A stretch of 64,000 nucleotides of DNA from the human T2T-CHM13v2.0 reference genome, Homo sapiens, in NCBI RefSeq assembly GCF_009914755.1, contig NC_060930.1; one strand, given 5' to 3'. The notes under the pieces were generated by a model. It saw only the letters and a program-made list of their open reading frames with translations. It had not been told where the DNA came from and ran no database searches. The translations under genes and the position numbers were made by a program. Positions 1-15,292 of this stretch are shown here, piece by piece. Positions within the stretch are counted from its first letter, which is position 1; every line of letters starts with the position of its first letter.

Positions 1-585
1 TTCCCTGTGATCCAGCAATTCCATTTCTGGTTATATATACAAAACAATTAAAAGCAGTAACTTGAACAGATATTTGTACACCCATGTTCATAGCAACATT
101 ATTCACAATAACCAAAAGATGGGAACAACTCAAATGCACATTGACTGACAAATAGATAAACAAACAGTAGAATATACATATAGTGGAGTATTATGCAGCC
201 TTTAAAAAAAAAAGAAATTAAGAAAAATTTGACACATGCTTCAAGATAAATGAACCTTAAGGACATTATGCTAAGTGAATAGCCCAATATAAATGACCAA
301 TACTAGGTGATTCCACTTATATGAGATACCTAGAGTAGTCAAATTCATAGAGACAGAAAGTAGAATGCTGGTGACAGGGGCTGGGGGAGGGGGAAATGGG
401 GAGTCATTTAATGAATACAGAGTTTCCATTTGGGAAGATGAAAAAGATCTGGAGATGAATGGTGGAGATGGTACACAGCAATGTGAATGTACTTAATGCC
501 AGTGAACTATGCACCTAAAAATAGTTACAATGGCAAATATTATGTTATGTATATTTGCCATAATTAAACATTAAATTCAAAAAAA
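1..585 (+). mobile_element. L1 (L1MB-like) 3' end, cut by window start
   Basis: Typical L1MB 3' motifs: GATCCAGCAATTCCATTTCTGG, ATGTTCATAGCAACATTATTCACAATA, AAATTCATAGAGACAGAAAGTAGAATG, GTGAATGTACTTAATGCC; A-rich end. Confidence 0.85.
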
Positions 586-819
586 CCCAAACTTCCCCAG
601 GCGTTTTCATACAGCCAAGTTTGAGAACCATGGAGTTATACCAAATGATTGTCTCAAGTAAGCCTGGACACATTTGACAGTTGAGTTCTTCTAGATGGAA
701 GCACAAACGGTTTTGCTCCATGCGATTCCCTGCTTCTAACACAGAGCTTGTCACAATTTATAATAATCCTATCTCCTTTATATTGACCCCAATTATGTGT
801 CAGAAATTGTGCAAGGCCA

Positions 820-955
820 ATTGTTCTCAAAGATTAGCGTGCATCAGAATTACCTGGATGACTTGATAAAACTTGACCAGAAGAGTTAGGTATAGGTTAT
901 TGCGTTTCTAATAATTCCCTAATGGTGTTGGGCTGGGGACCACAGGTTGAGCACT
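820..955. mobile_element. MER5-like hAT-Charlie fragment
   Basis: TTCTCAAA...TGCATCAGAATTACCTGG...GGGGACCACAGGTTGAG resembles MER5A. Confidence 0.55.
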
Positions 956-974
956 ACTTTGCCAAGCACCTTTT

Positions 975-1120
975 ATGTTACAACAACATGTACAACAATC
1001 TATGGGGAAGGTATCATAAGGGAGGCTGAGGCATCAACATATTAAATGATTTGTACAACATTACACGCCAGGAGGTATCAGAGATGGGATTAAATCCCAG
1101 GACTCTCTTACTCCCAGTCC
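975..1120 (-). mobile_element. MIR fragment
   Basis: GAGGCTGAGGCATC...TTAAATGATTTG...GGGATTAAATCCCAGG resembles reverse MIR core. Confidence 0.5.
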
Positions 1121-1789
1121 CCTCCAATTATTGCCATTTCACCGTGCTCTGCAAACGTGTCATTAAATGGATAAATATCTTTAGTAGGTTCTCAGCAGAC
1201 TTCAATGGAAAACTAAAATTTGCTTAAAAATATTTTTTTAAAAAACTTAAAGTCAGTGGAGGGGACAGTCTTTTACAGACTTACTCAGTAGCAGTCCAAG
1301 GTGGTGTTTGCAAATGTCATCACTTGCCCATATTCAATCACATGCCATTTGGATCTAGCAGTGAATTTCACTTGTTAGCAATTTAGCTGACGGTACCCTT
1401 CCCCTGTCAAATTATTTTCAGGCATGCTCCCTCTTTGGTGCTAGAAATGTCTTCTCTCTCTTTCTATATATTTTTCTAACTTATTAATTCAACTTACCAC
1501 TATCCCCAAGGAGGCCATTTTCCATGCCCACTGGTTGGTTTTTGTCTCCCCTCTTTAATCCTTATTTCTATTCACAAATAGACTTAAACAACTTCTTTTT
1601 TGCCCAAACGGTTCAAACATTATGTTATAAAAATAATGGGCAAAGAAGGACTTTCCCCTTATTAATATCTACAGAAAAGGGGAAAAAAATCAGAGAAAGA
1701 AAAAGAAAACACATGTAGAGAAAAATAGGAAATAGCAAATAAGTTGGAATTCCCAACTAGTTGATATTCTTTATTCAAATGTTTACTTA

Positions 1790-2020
1790 ATAATAGCAAC
1801 AGCTACCATTGATTGGGTACATATTAGGTGTCAAACTCTGTGCCAAGTAAATAGCTAAAAAATACTATCTGTTTTAGTCCTGCCAAGAAAAACATCTGAG
1901 GTGGCTATTTTTATCGCCATTTTATAGATGTGGAAATAGGCATAGACAAAGTTAGGTAACTTGTCAGATGTAGATAGCTGATATGCCTAGCTCTAAAAGT
2001 TGAGGCTTTCACCCATTAAC
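1790..2020 (-). mobile_element. MIR fragment
   Basis: AATAATAGC...CCATTTTATAGATGTGGAAATAGG...GTTAGGTAACTTG resembles reverse MIR core. Confidence 0.6.
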
Positions 2021-2089
2021 ATCTTTTCTGCAAAAATGAAGGGATAGTAATGGATAAATATCTCTAGTTCACTCAGGTGATCTCACCAC

Positions 2090-2767
<678 letters not shown>

Positions 2768-2909
2768 CCACTCAAGGAGAACACGTTGAGATTGTTTTCT
2801 ACTTTGTGAAACATTTCAAAGTAGAATCCCTGATACTAATGACTTGGTCATCTCTCGCTCACTAAAGTCGGCTTTGTGTATAAGTAGAGGATATCTAAGG
2901 AGGTTAGTC

Positions 2910-3165
2910 ATGTATGGCTTTAGAGAATGGTCTTTGGAGTCAGACTGCCTCAGTTTGGATCCTAATTCTACCACAATATCTGTATAATATTGGACAAAAT
3001 ACTGAATCTCTCTGTGCCTCACTTTCCTTAATGGTAACACGAGGTAATAATTGTACCTAACTCATAACAATGTTGTGAAGATTAGCATGGACATCATGTA
3101 CAGCTCTTAGAATAGTGCCCGGAACATTGAATGCTTAATACACATAGCTATTATTAGTGTTATTA
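2910..3165 (+). mobile_element. MIR
   Basis: TTTGGAGTCAGACTGCC...TCTCTCTGTGCCTCACTTTCC...TTGTGAAGATTA...CTTAGAATAGTGCC...AGCTATTATTA. Confidence 0.8.
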
Positions 3166-4893
3166 TCAAATTTCAAATAGTGGCCTTATTTTATAATTAT
3201 CATCTATTTTATGGCAAGATTTGGAGTGTTTTTTACCAATTTCTAGATTGTGTTTTTCCATCTACCCTCATGGTATAACATGATACCATTAGAGCTATCA
3301 GGTGGCAAGACAGATGAGTGCCTTTTCCCATTTGTCTTTCTGTGAGTAATTACATCATAATTCTCCTGGAGGCTATAGCTGTGAAAGAACAACTCAGATT
3401 AACCATACCACCAAAATTTGTCCTGCAATTTCATGCAAAGTGACTTCACACAAGAAAAAATGTTTTCCTAAAATATGTGTATAGGCTATTGTAATATTTG
3501 TGGTTGCAAAATGAAAGCTATTCCTTCCTTTTGCTACACCCTTCAATATTTGCTCAGGTGCAATTTGATTTCCACATGAACTGATTCAGAAAACTTACCA
3601 GAGTTACAGAGAAGCTGTCATTTCAGCCTCTAGTAACTTCTCAAACAAAATCACTTTCCCGAAAAATGGTTACATAAAGTACCTCTAATAAATCTCTTCG
3701 TGTATTTGTGCCTGATTATAAACCCCATCGGCAATCTGCCTTTAAGCATGAGCACATTTTTAATCAAGCAGTAAAGTATTCCGAGTATAAAGTTCATCAA
3801 AGCTGGAGCTGCAGTGAACTGTTTTGTCCCCCTGGTAAAGGAGCTTGGCTGGAGAGTTTATTGCAGTTGCCCCAAAGTTCTGTTCCCTGTGCGCCTGACT
3901 GCGCTTCCCAAGTGGCAGGGAAGGGTAAACTTAAAGGAGATCATGTTGATTTTCTTATACTAGGGCCCGTCATTCCAGATGGATCGCTTTTTTTCTTAAC
4001 AAAAGAAGAGTTCACAAAGTCTATCCCTCAAAGACATCTTCATTCGACAATCATATGAGTAATAAAATAATAAGTAATGAGACAAAGCTCAGTTAACACC
4101 AGAAGTAGATTTTATATTTACAAAATATGAGAAGAAGTAGGCAAATTATGCAAAGGAGCATGGAACGCATGCTGTTTCAGCTCAGGGCCACTGTAGTTGG
4201 ATTCCTATAGGATGTGTGATCGTTGGTAACTCCTCTACCAGGGCAGTGGCTTCTGAACTTGAAGCAGTCCACTAGTAATTTTATGTCTCTCTGTTTGCTG
4301 ATTTATGTTTTAAATAAATGACATGCATTCCTTTAAATTGTAGTTGGAAATGTTTCACTGTTTTTTTTCCACGCCTGCATATATAATGACACAAAAGAGA
4401 ATGAAGAGTAAAGTAATTTAAATGTGCTCCTTCACTTGCTTTAAACTGAGATGTGATTAATAAGTGAAGAAAAACATTTTTTAAGTAAATACCATTTTCA
4501 AATGTACATTATTTTATTTCAAAAATATGAGGTATATCTTCAGCTCTATGTTTACATGTATATTACATACATTTTTATTTTTATCTATGCTGTTGACTTA
4601 AAAATAAATATTTAGACAGAATTTACAGTTAGCAGGTCAATGAGGCACTTAAAGTAGTCTACAAGTTCAAAAGCCAATAAAGTTTAGGACTCTGCAAATC
4701 TGGCTGGTATTCCAAGTTAAGCCATGTGTCATCAGCGACCTAGAAATGATGGTGTTGTTACTTTGAGGGAATGTGCAAATGATGAGCCTGGAGAGATAAA
4801 TTAAGAAAGAGAAAACAAGCTAGAATAGTCTGGATGCTACACATTACTTAATTATCAGATTATGATTGAGTGTCTTGGTCCAAATGCTTAGTA

Positions 4894-5482
4894 TAGTATG
4901 TCCTCACTTAACGTCATCAATAGATTTTAGGAAACTGTGATTTAAAGCGAAATGACATATAATAAAACCAACTTGACCACAGGCTAACTGATATAAACAA
5001 GAGTTAAGTTCCTACAGTGTATTTATGGTCACACAAACATCATTAAACTTCTATATAAAGGCCCAAACACTTCTAATATTAAACGTTGAAATAAATGTGG
5101 GTTACACATTCATTTGAGAAAGATGAACACAAACAAACAAGATAATTATTTACCCGCTGATTCCAGCTCAGGCTTGTGGGTGGCCAGAGCCTATCCTGAG
5201 AACTCAGGGCAGGAACCAGCCCTGAACAGGCCTCCATCCCATCACGGGGCACACTCACACATACCCACACTCACACTGAGACCATGTAGACACACCAGTT
5301 AACCTAACAGGCACAGCTTTGGGATGTGGGAGGAAACCAGAGGACCCAGAGAAAACTCAAGCAGACATGAGGAGAGTATGCAAACTCCACACAGACAGTG
5401 GCCCTAGCCAGGAATCCATTTTTCTCATCAACATTATCAGGAAATGATGTTGAATGAAACTATGTTATTCCAGGACCTTCTG
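4894..5482 (-). mobile_element. MER6A-like TcMar-Tigger non-autonomous DNA transposon
   Basis: Termini TAGTATGTCCTC / GGACCTTCTG flanked by TA at 4892-4893 and 5483-5484; internal GGGATGTGGGAGGAAACC...TGCAAACTCCACACAGACAGTGG typical of MER6; ~590 bp. Confidence 0.8.
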
Positions 5483-6099
5483 TATTATGCTGATTCTTAC
5501 AAGAAAAATACAGATGAAGATAGTTTTTGATCTGATGCTTTAATTCAGATTATTAAGTCAAAATAAGAGTAGCTCCCACTAATAACTACTATTCATGTCT
5601 TGTCTTTGCTATGAGGATCTTCTTGCCAGCCTGATGTTTCCATTGTAATCTTTCCCAAATGCTATATCCAAGGTTACTCAACTCTCGTCCTGCAGGACTC
5701 CTTAGAACCAGTGTCCTACGTCATTGACTCATCCCAGCTCCTTCTCTTTCATAAAGCCCAATACGTCTCATTTTTTCTCTACATTCCTCTACTATGTTAT
5801 TATATTTTCATATATTTTTTAGCTGTCTAGATGAATAGTGTCTCTTCCATTGTCTGTGAATTTTGCTATGTTCATGGCACAGACAAAAATCATTCCATAA
5901 ATGCCCTCCCCACCTCTCTCCCAAAAAGCAGCCAACTACAATATGTGCAATCAGATTTCTTAAAACATGGAGGCAGAGATTGTCATTACTGCTTGATAGT
6001 GACCTGGCCTAGTAAAGAAAGGCTGTATGCAAGTTAAAAATGAAGATTTTTTTCCTCAGTAACAAGTTTGAAATAAATTGAATTGAGACACTTTTGTTT

Positions 6100-6260
6100 G
6101 TACAGGTGGAAGGGATCTTAGTGATTACTTAGTCCTACAACTTCATTTAATAAAAGAGACACCTGAAGCCCAGAAAGATGGTGTCTTAGCTCTGTGTAGC
6201 CACGACAGACCTGGAGCCAAGTCCCTGGACTCCCAGGCAGGCTCTTGCCACTGCTCCACT
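6100..6260 (-). mobile_element. MIR fragment
   Basis: GGAAGGGATCTTAG...CTGAAGCCCAGA...CTGGAGCCAAGTCCCTGGACTCCCAG. Confidence 0.5.
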
Positions 6261-9200
6261 CAGCTTCTCTGAGCCTGCCAAGTGATGGCCATTCTTGAGC
6301 TGAATCACTAGGAATGAATTCTCCAGCCCATGTTCTTATCCATGTTTAATCACAAAATGATGGCAATTTTGAGTAAATCACTAAAATTCTCTGTATCTCA
6401 TTGTTTCCATTTGTAAAATGTGTGGCCCTTCATTTGCATCAGTTCATTCAGAGGGATAAGTTATAGGTGTGTATATACATATTAAATGACATACAGAAGT
6501 CTTCTCAAAGCAAGTAGTACTTTTGAAGGCATCATTTAGAAATTGAGTTTTTCTCAACCAGCAATAGTATAATCAAGGGAGAAAATAAATTACTTTCAGT
6601 CTTGAAAGCAACAAGAAGACTCTTATCTCTTATCCTCCAAAAGCATCATTTAATTACCCACAGTGATACCAACTCAATGGACCACCTATCCCAATTAAGT
6701 GGCAGTGCATGCTAATTATCGTTAGACTTAATTGGTTTCCCAATTCAGCAACTTTCCTGATCAAGTATGCCCCAGTTAAGCGGCGCTTATTGAACCACCT
6801 GAATCTTGCTTAGAAGAAAACAAAAGAAAATTTCCCATCTCAAGTTCAGCAAATAAAACCTAGTCTCACCAAGTCACACTAGCCAGTTTCTAATTAATTT
6901 TGCAAAGCATACACTAAGGTTGGGTACAGGAAATGTAACTTCTTCCAATTAGAAATATTTTATTAAAATCAAGTAAGATTAAGCAAGACATTTCAAACAA
7001 TAATCAATAAATGTGTAAAAATTTATAGTTACTAATATATCCCCCCCCCCTTTCTTTGTTACACACATTTTTGTGACCACAATGCTGTGATTATTTCATC
7101 CTTTCGGATTTTCCAGCCCAAGATATACTGTGTTTGGTAATAATATATCTTGAAGAGTAGGTAAGCATAAAGAAAGAAATTATGTTCTTGGGCTCAATTT
7201 CCCAGAGAAATTTATGTGCGTATTTGTTTCCTAGCTTAAATTACGCTAGTAAAACATGAATGTAAAATTTGCTACTTGAGAACCACGCAGGACAAAGGGG
7301 ACCTTGGTTGAGTGGGCTCCACAATCTGCATAGATCTTGAAAGATAAGGGATGAGTATACACTGGAAGGAGATATTCCTCCTTCTGGAAAGTTGAACATT
7401 TGCAGTGGCATATAATATAGACACACATGCTCTTGTATTAGAAGTTGTGTCTCTGGAGTAATTATTCCAGGTATGCTCAATGACAACTACATTCCCTCAT
7501 TTGAACAGGTTAGTGGGACTTAAGAAAACAGATTGGCATTTTTGAGCTCTTCTTTGAGTAAAGCTAGAATTCTCACCTTAGACCCTTCCTACCAGAATGA
7601 GAAAGAGGGTAGCATAAAGTAAAAAAATAAAATAAAATAAAATAAAATAAGTGACTTCAAAATTCCCACTTTCCTCAGGTCACCCTGCAAAATGATGAGA
7701 GAAGAGAAAAGGTGGGACAATCTGGTGAAATCAGGTAATGTCCTGGGGCCAGTTTTTGCATTTCCTTCCGGGGCAGGAAAACCGTTCATATATATCTGGG
7801 AAAGAGCCCTGTGACTGTAGTGGCCTTGGTGAAAAGCCTGCTGCACAACATGTGTGGCACCAGCAGTAGTATCACCCAGAAGGATGTGTTGATGTACTGC
7901 CCAGTGGCCTTAGCGAGCCTTGCTCTTTGTAAGCATACTGGGTAGTCGAGGATTGCAGATCAGCAGGGAAATAGTGAAAAGAGCAGGGGCATACTGAGTG
8001 GGAGGGGGGCTGACAAAATGACAGCACACAAACCGGCAGGGAGGGGAGTGGAAAGCCACTTGCGATGGACTCTAGGCCTCTCCTTGACAAGTGTTGTCCC
8101 ATCTCCTATGGTCACAAAAAGGCCTATCAAGGAATTCAAGGCTAATCAACAAGAAGACTTTAACCTTGTGGAGTTGGCAACAGTCTGCAAGATACATTCT
8201 CAGAAGCAAGGAAAGGATTCTTCAGAAATTGCCACGTTATGACTATTGTAATGATATTGCCTTGGTCGGGGGTGCTTCTTATGCCACTAACAGAGAATAA
8301 TAATAATAGTAACAAACAATATTGTTATAGTTGATCTCAGTTTTCTTTGGACTGGCTTAAAATACTTTGGTTTTGGGCTCATGGTTCCAAAAGGAAAACA
8401 AAATGTATAACTTAAAGTGATTTACCTCTTTTTCAATAATCTAGCACACATTACATAAGAGTTGGTGGAAGCTGCTACGACAGTAGAGCCAGTTATTGGC
8501 AACATCAAAACATAGGAAGACACCTAAATTTCTAAGATGCTATTTAATTAATATCAGTGTTCCCTACAATATGTAAAATCACCTCAAATACAATTTCTAT
8601 ATTCTACTCATAATTAAATTAAGCTGTTTTGGCCTAAAGCAGAGCTGGGAAGCAGAATCATTGAAGGTAGGACTGGAAGGGAACTCAGATATCACCTATT
8701 CCCAGACACTCATGTTACATCTAAGGAAATAAAACTTTAATCACTAAATGAGTTAGCCCAGGAAAAACCATGTTTCCCGATTATTATGTAGTACTATTTT
8801 TGTTATCCATGTGGGAAGCCTCCTAAGTACTTTCACTGTGCTTTCTGGTCTCTTCCTTCTTACCAAACTAGGAAGAGATCTGATACTAGGTATACACTGC
8901 TGTGTTTTCTGAAGACCTTTCTTCCAAATCTGATAGAATCAAATAGCAGTATATCTTGATATGTTGATGTTTTCTATCTGCCAAGGGAAACTTCTCTGAG
9001 AAAATAAAGAAAAGTTCATTTCTGGACATGGCTGGATAGGTGGGCAAGACCAGAGGAATCATGGCTGTTCCAAGTGCTGGGGAATCATTGCAATCCTTGT
9101 CAGTGAATAAGTGATTCAGGTTCGACTGTAAGATGAGTGAAAAAAAATAAAATAAAGAAAGATCTATCAAGTAACCAGCAATACTAGTTACAGTTATTTA

Positions 9201-9449
9201 TGTGGACTGCTAAACTGTTGGCCTGAATTATCATGGAACAACACGTATTATTATGTGTCAGATTAACTTTGTTGTAAGTTGCATTTCATTCGTTTTCTGT
9301 CATTGGCAATTATTGAACACTTTCTCTATACCAGATTACTCTTTTTTTTCCTTTCTTTTCCCACTGAGCTCCAAGTTTCCCTTTTTAGTATTTCCCTGTC
9401 TTCCTCCTTATCTCTGGTGATAACCTTATCCCTGTTATAACTGACTTCA

Positions 9450-10040
9450 TTGGTTGCCTGCCAACAGCTACTCCCTATCTTCGTTAAAGAAACAAAATTT
9501 TGTTCACATATACCCACATTTTTTTTTCTCTACAGCCATATTTTTGAGGAAAGGACAGCCCCAGCCCCAACAGATTTTGGTTTGTCTAAATTAATTCTGG
9601 TCACTTCATTTTCTTTTCAATGATGTGTTTAGGAAGGACTCGGCTGTGGCTAATGAGATATGAAGGTAAAACTACTGAAAAAGCTCCACAGAAAGATTTC
9701 TTAGCTCTTAAAATGAAACTCCAAAGGAAAATATGTGGAGTATTTTTTTTTCACCATATCTTGACTTTACATGAAAATATAAGTAAGAATGCGATGGATG
9801 CCAGAAGCTGTGGCAACCATCTTGTGACCATGAGGAAATTAGCACATCTAGGGATACCAGATAAACACAGCAGATACGAGAGATGGGAAGAACTTGGATC
9901 CTCTATATTTTTGAACAACTAAATTGCCTGACACTGAGCCACCCTACCCGGGATTATGTGTTATATAAGACAATACAATGTTCTTATTATTTAAGTCTTT
10001 TGTTTAGATTTCATTTTACTTGTTGCTAAGTCCATTTCAT
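9450..10040 (+). mobile_element. Old MLT1 (ERVL-MaLR) LTR
   Basis: CCAGCCCCA...GCTAATGAGATATGAAGG...GCTGTGGCAACCATCTTGTGACCATGAGG...TTATTTAAGTC...TTACTTG. Confidence 0.6.
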
Positions 10041-10132
10041 AATATAGTAGTGACCTGGTTAAGTGAAAAGATTTTAAAGTGAGACAAACCAGTATTTAAG
10101 GGCTTGCTCTTCCACTTAATATCCGTTATTTA

Positions 10133-10517
<385 letters not shown>

Positions 10518-11058
10518 TTAGTTCATAATTAAACAGTGGCTCTGGGTAATAGCAAAAATTAACAAGGTAAAAAGGATATTTAGAAGGAACATCAGAGACA
10601 ATATCAAAAGGCATAAAGCATGCAACTGTGATCTAGACTTATTTTATGTCCAGAATTTATCTTCCCAGAGCATTGAGTCAGAACTAATGAACTTCTAAAA
10701 GCTCTGAATATGTCTAGATTTGAAACACAGAAAATTATTAATTGAAAGAAGATTTTATTGGGCATCTTTCAACACATTGTCATGCCCTGTAGGTTATGCA
10801 AGAATGAAGACATCTAAGCAAAAGTGAAGTTTGAGAAAATAAAGAAAATATAAAATATTTCATCTAAGTATATATATTTATGTATACTTTAACTTAAGTA
10901 TATATAAATCATGCATTCTTAATTCTGCAGTAGACTTGCCTTCAGGATACAATCTGATTGAAAGTGCCTTGAAGGCAAATCGTTGGTCTAGGAATAGTAG
11001 AGGAGGAAGGCCACTTATAAGAGTGAATTAGACAGGGTAAATATCTTCAAGAATAATT

Positions 11059-11298
11059 CAGGGGTGTCCAATCTTCTGGCTTCCCTGGGTGACATAGGAA
11101 GAAGAAGAGTTGTCTTGGGCCACATGTAAAATATACTAACACTAACGATGGCTGATGAGCTAAAAAAAAAAAAAAAAAAAGAAAGTCACAAAGCAATCTC
11201 ATAATGTTTGAACAAAGTTTACAAATTTGTGTGTTGGGCCACATTCAAAGCGATCCTGGGCCACATGCAGCCCACGGGCCACAGGTTGGACAAGCTTG
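11059..11298 (+). mobile_element. MER30 hAT-Charlie DNA transposon
   Basis: CAGGGGTGTCCAATCTT...internal poly-A...GGTTGGACAAGCTTG; perfect 8-bp TSD GAATAATT at 11051-11058 and 11299-11306. Confidence 0.9.
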
Positions 11299-11367
11299 GA
11301 ATAATTGATGGGTCATACAGCTTATCCAAAAATGAAGGAGTGGAAAAGAAACGCAGTAGGAAAAGGG

Positions 11368-11435
11368 ATTCATTTGTTCAACAAATACTGAATGATCACT
11401 ACATGCTAGGCAGTATGACGGGTGCTTGGAACACG
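11368..11435 (-). mobile_element. L2 3' end fragment
   Basis: ATTCATTTGTTCAACAAATA...CTACATGCTAGGCA...GGTGCT. Confidence 0.5.
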
Positions 11436-13694
11436 TGTCTTTTCTCAGAGCTTTCAGTCAAGTTTACCATTCAACCACTCATACATACCACCCACACATG
11501 TCTGATATTAACTTCCAAGGTAAAGTATTAAAAATGAAAATACTAATTATATTTCAAAATTGCTTAAAATATTTATATTGGTTATATCCCAAGAGCAATT
11601 TAATAGATGGATGTATTTTGTCTTACTTTTAAAGAAAAATGTATTGTTATTGGAGAATCTCTACTAGCAGTTGCTGAAAAAGAACCTGGTTCTGGGATAT
11701 TCCAGAGAGCTCTGGCTGAGTGACATTCTCTGCTGATTTACAAAGTGGCATCAGATCATCTTTCCCACACCTGGAGCAGCTCAGCCAACAGCAGCTTGCA
11801 GGTGTCACTCAAGTCTGGCTAAAGGCTGGCTCCAGCAAGTCTAGCCAGGACCTGGCTTAGAGATTCCCTGTCCTGGAAGGGCCTACCTCCCGTGAGTGTG
11901 GGCCCCTCCCACCATGAGTACATGTATGTGGGTGGTTGGGAGTATGTACACTCCCCCTTGTAACCCTCCATCCATCCATTTCAGCGTCTAAATAGTATCA
12001 AGCCCTTAAAATAACATTAAGACACGTTCCAGCTTGCCCTGCCAGTCAAAGGAAAAAGGAGAAAAAAAAAAAAAATTGAAACCCTGCATTTCAGAACCCC
12101 AAGGGCTTTTTGATTTGTTAGGTTTAGCGGTTTAGAGGATTAAAAAGGCAGAAATATTAGGAAGAAAAAAGAAAAAAGAAAGAGCCAGCATATTAATTGA
12201 AGCAAATCTAATGAGATGCTGGGCTACAGGGAAAAAAAAAATGGTTCTACTACCTGAGCAAATCTTATTTATTATTCTTGCTTTGCAATTAAAAATTTTA
12301 AAAACTAATAATAATTTCCTAGACATTTTTCTTTTTCTTGCTATGCTAGTCACATTTCCCAAATCCTTTATCAACGCTGCTCTGCATATGAATGGGCTGT
12401 AATTGAACTGTCACATTCATGAAGGTCAGTAACCTTTCATTAGGAAGAATGTGCCTTTCTTGATAAATTGTAAAGTCCCAGAGGATTTGAAAGCATATTC
12501 AAAAAAAAAAAAACTCTGTCTACTATACCTTGATGAACAAAATGCAGATTTTTCTCTGTTATTTTGTGCATGAGGCAAGAGAGCGATTGCTTGTGTTTTT
12601 ATTTAACATGCTTTTTGTGTGGGGTTTTTTGTTGTTGTTATTGTTTGGGTTTTGGGGGGTTTTTTGAGCCAAGGGAGGGGAATTCTCTCCACAGCCCACC
12701 AACCTTGGCTTTTTGTGTTTTTTGTTTTGTTTTGTTTTGTTTTTGTCAGCAGCACGACGCAAAATTGTCTAATGGAAGCTTTTCCTGAGTCTTTAAGCAA
12801 AATGAAAAACTTAAATTTCCTTTCTTAAAAAAATAACACCATTCTCTCTGCTGTTTTAAAAAGTAGAAATTATGAATGCTATTCTTTCCCCTTGTAGTAC
12901 ACTTCAGCACTTGCTATGGAAAAGACCAAAGTCATTATGTGGAGATAAAGACCTACCTGAGTGATGCATATTCTGCTAACCCCACCCTATGATTTAGGCA
13001 GTGATTAACACGGACAAGCACTCAGCATCCCCACTTTTGTGTTGAAGATGGCTGACCCCAGAGTGATCCAGGCCCTGCCAGGGATGTCTGCTTGTGCTTC
13101 TGCGTAATTTGACTTGAGACCCCTCTGGGGATTTTCAACCAAAGCTTTAGGCTCACTCAACCAGCACTAACTCCCAGCTCCCCTTTAGTTCAACCAGTCT
13201 TTCGTCCCAAACTACAAGTTATGTGTAGCTTTTAATGTATGCTTGTATTTTAAATGGAAGCTATCTGCCAATTTTGAAAACAGTTTCTTTATTCAATTTT
13301 ATCAACTTTAAATTGGATTCAAAAGATTGTTCTGGCATTATTGAGATTGAAATGCACATAAACTACTTAACAGGAAATCTGAAAGATATTAGTGCAAAGA
13401 CTAAAATAAAAAGACATGAGGAACACAATGTACCACGGTTTCTGCCATAATGATAGGCTCCATGCTTATTTGATACATTTAGGGCGTCAATTCCTTAAGA
13501 ACTTTCTCACTGCCCAAACATGTAATACATAATCTGTACATGAAAAATTTAAATTTCTTATGAAACAAACAGAAAATAGAAGGATTTTAGCAGAGAAATT
13601 CTTTTTACAAAGAATGTGGTCTTCATTTGTAGGTCTATGTGGTTGCATGGTGGGAATAGCAAAGAACTTTCTATCAAAAAAACTAGTAATTCCC

Positions 13695-14340
13695 TACAGT
13701 ATTAGGTAGGTTCCAACTAAGAAAACAAAACCTATACCAGATAATTCAAAAGAAAAAAAATGTAATGGTGGGAAATGTTTTTTGAAGATATGAAAAGAGC
13801 TGAGAGAGCAAACAGGGAAGGTAACAACTGCAGAAAGTGGCTACCACTTTTAGGGCTACAGGGACATTGAGAAGAGGTGGTGTTACTGGGGCCTCAATGA
13901 TGACTGCAGCTGCCAATACCTGTGCATTGGGATGTTGCAGCTAAGATGTACAAGTACAGCTATGAAACATGATTTCAAGGAAATCAAACTAATGATTCAA
14001 CCAAGTACATTAGAATTGGCCTCCAAACAGCTCAATTGGTAGAAGCTGGAACTATGGTAAGCCTGCCTGGAGGGAGCTGGCAATTTGAAGAAAAGAACTG
14101 GCTAGTGGGAGCTAAAGCCACTGACGAGACACAGCAGAGACCTTGCTAGGCAGAAAGAAACAGGGAAATCATCTAATGTCTCCTTCCCTCTGGTGCCAGT
14201 CTCCCACTAGAGCCTCCCCTTGTTACCTGGAAGCAAGCTGGTAAGAAAGCCTGGAAAAGGTTGATGTAGGTTCAAACCCTAGTAGGATAGGGATAAGGGC
14301 ATGGAATGCATTTCAGAGCTAAGAGGGATGGTCTGCAGTA
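13695..14340. mobile_element. Ancient LTR-like element, family uncertain
   Basis: TAGGTTCCAACTAAGAAAACAAAACCTATACCAG start and GC-richer body resemble old mammalian LTRs. Confidence 0.35.
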
Positions 14341-14951
14341 CCATTGGCTTTTTTGTATACATTCTCACAATGGGTAGTCTAGGGCAAACACTATTGTAGG
14401 GTCCTATGAATAGGATATATAGGCAGGAAAATAACAGCATTAAATCATGGCAATAAAATAGACAATAAGTTCTTAAATTCATCCTAATAGCCAACAAAAC
14501 AACTCCTGAGCAATTTCTCAAGAAGTAAAGGAAAAAGAATCTTCATAAAGAAAACCCATTTTGCCAGCGAAATGGCCAAACCTAACCATTTTCAATGTTT
14601 TGACTAGGTGGAACTTACAAAAAACTATAGTCCCTGTTATGAATCTCACCAGGGCAAGATCAATACTTAGTTCACAATTTCCTGGGATGGGTTTGATGAT
14701 TCTTGTTGGGTTTAGTTGGTGCTCATTGCAGCCACCCATACATGTGTGTTCAGATGCTGAGAACCACGACTGTGCTTAAAACCATGATTTCAAAGAAATA
14801 AAACTACCTTTTAAAAAAAGTTTGCCAGAATTCACCCCAAAATAGTTTTTTCTTCTTTAACCCCTTTGACAAATTTAAATATTTTAAAATATCAGACTAA
14901 AAGTCTTCCCAATACTGCAGATAAAGATAGAATATTCTTGGATGTACATAA

Positions 14952-15292
<341 letters not shown>

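Noticed and set aside
3708-4058. 116-aa non-repeat ORF
   Set aside because: GTG start, no recognisable homology or domain, no promoter or splice support; length compatible with chance.
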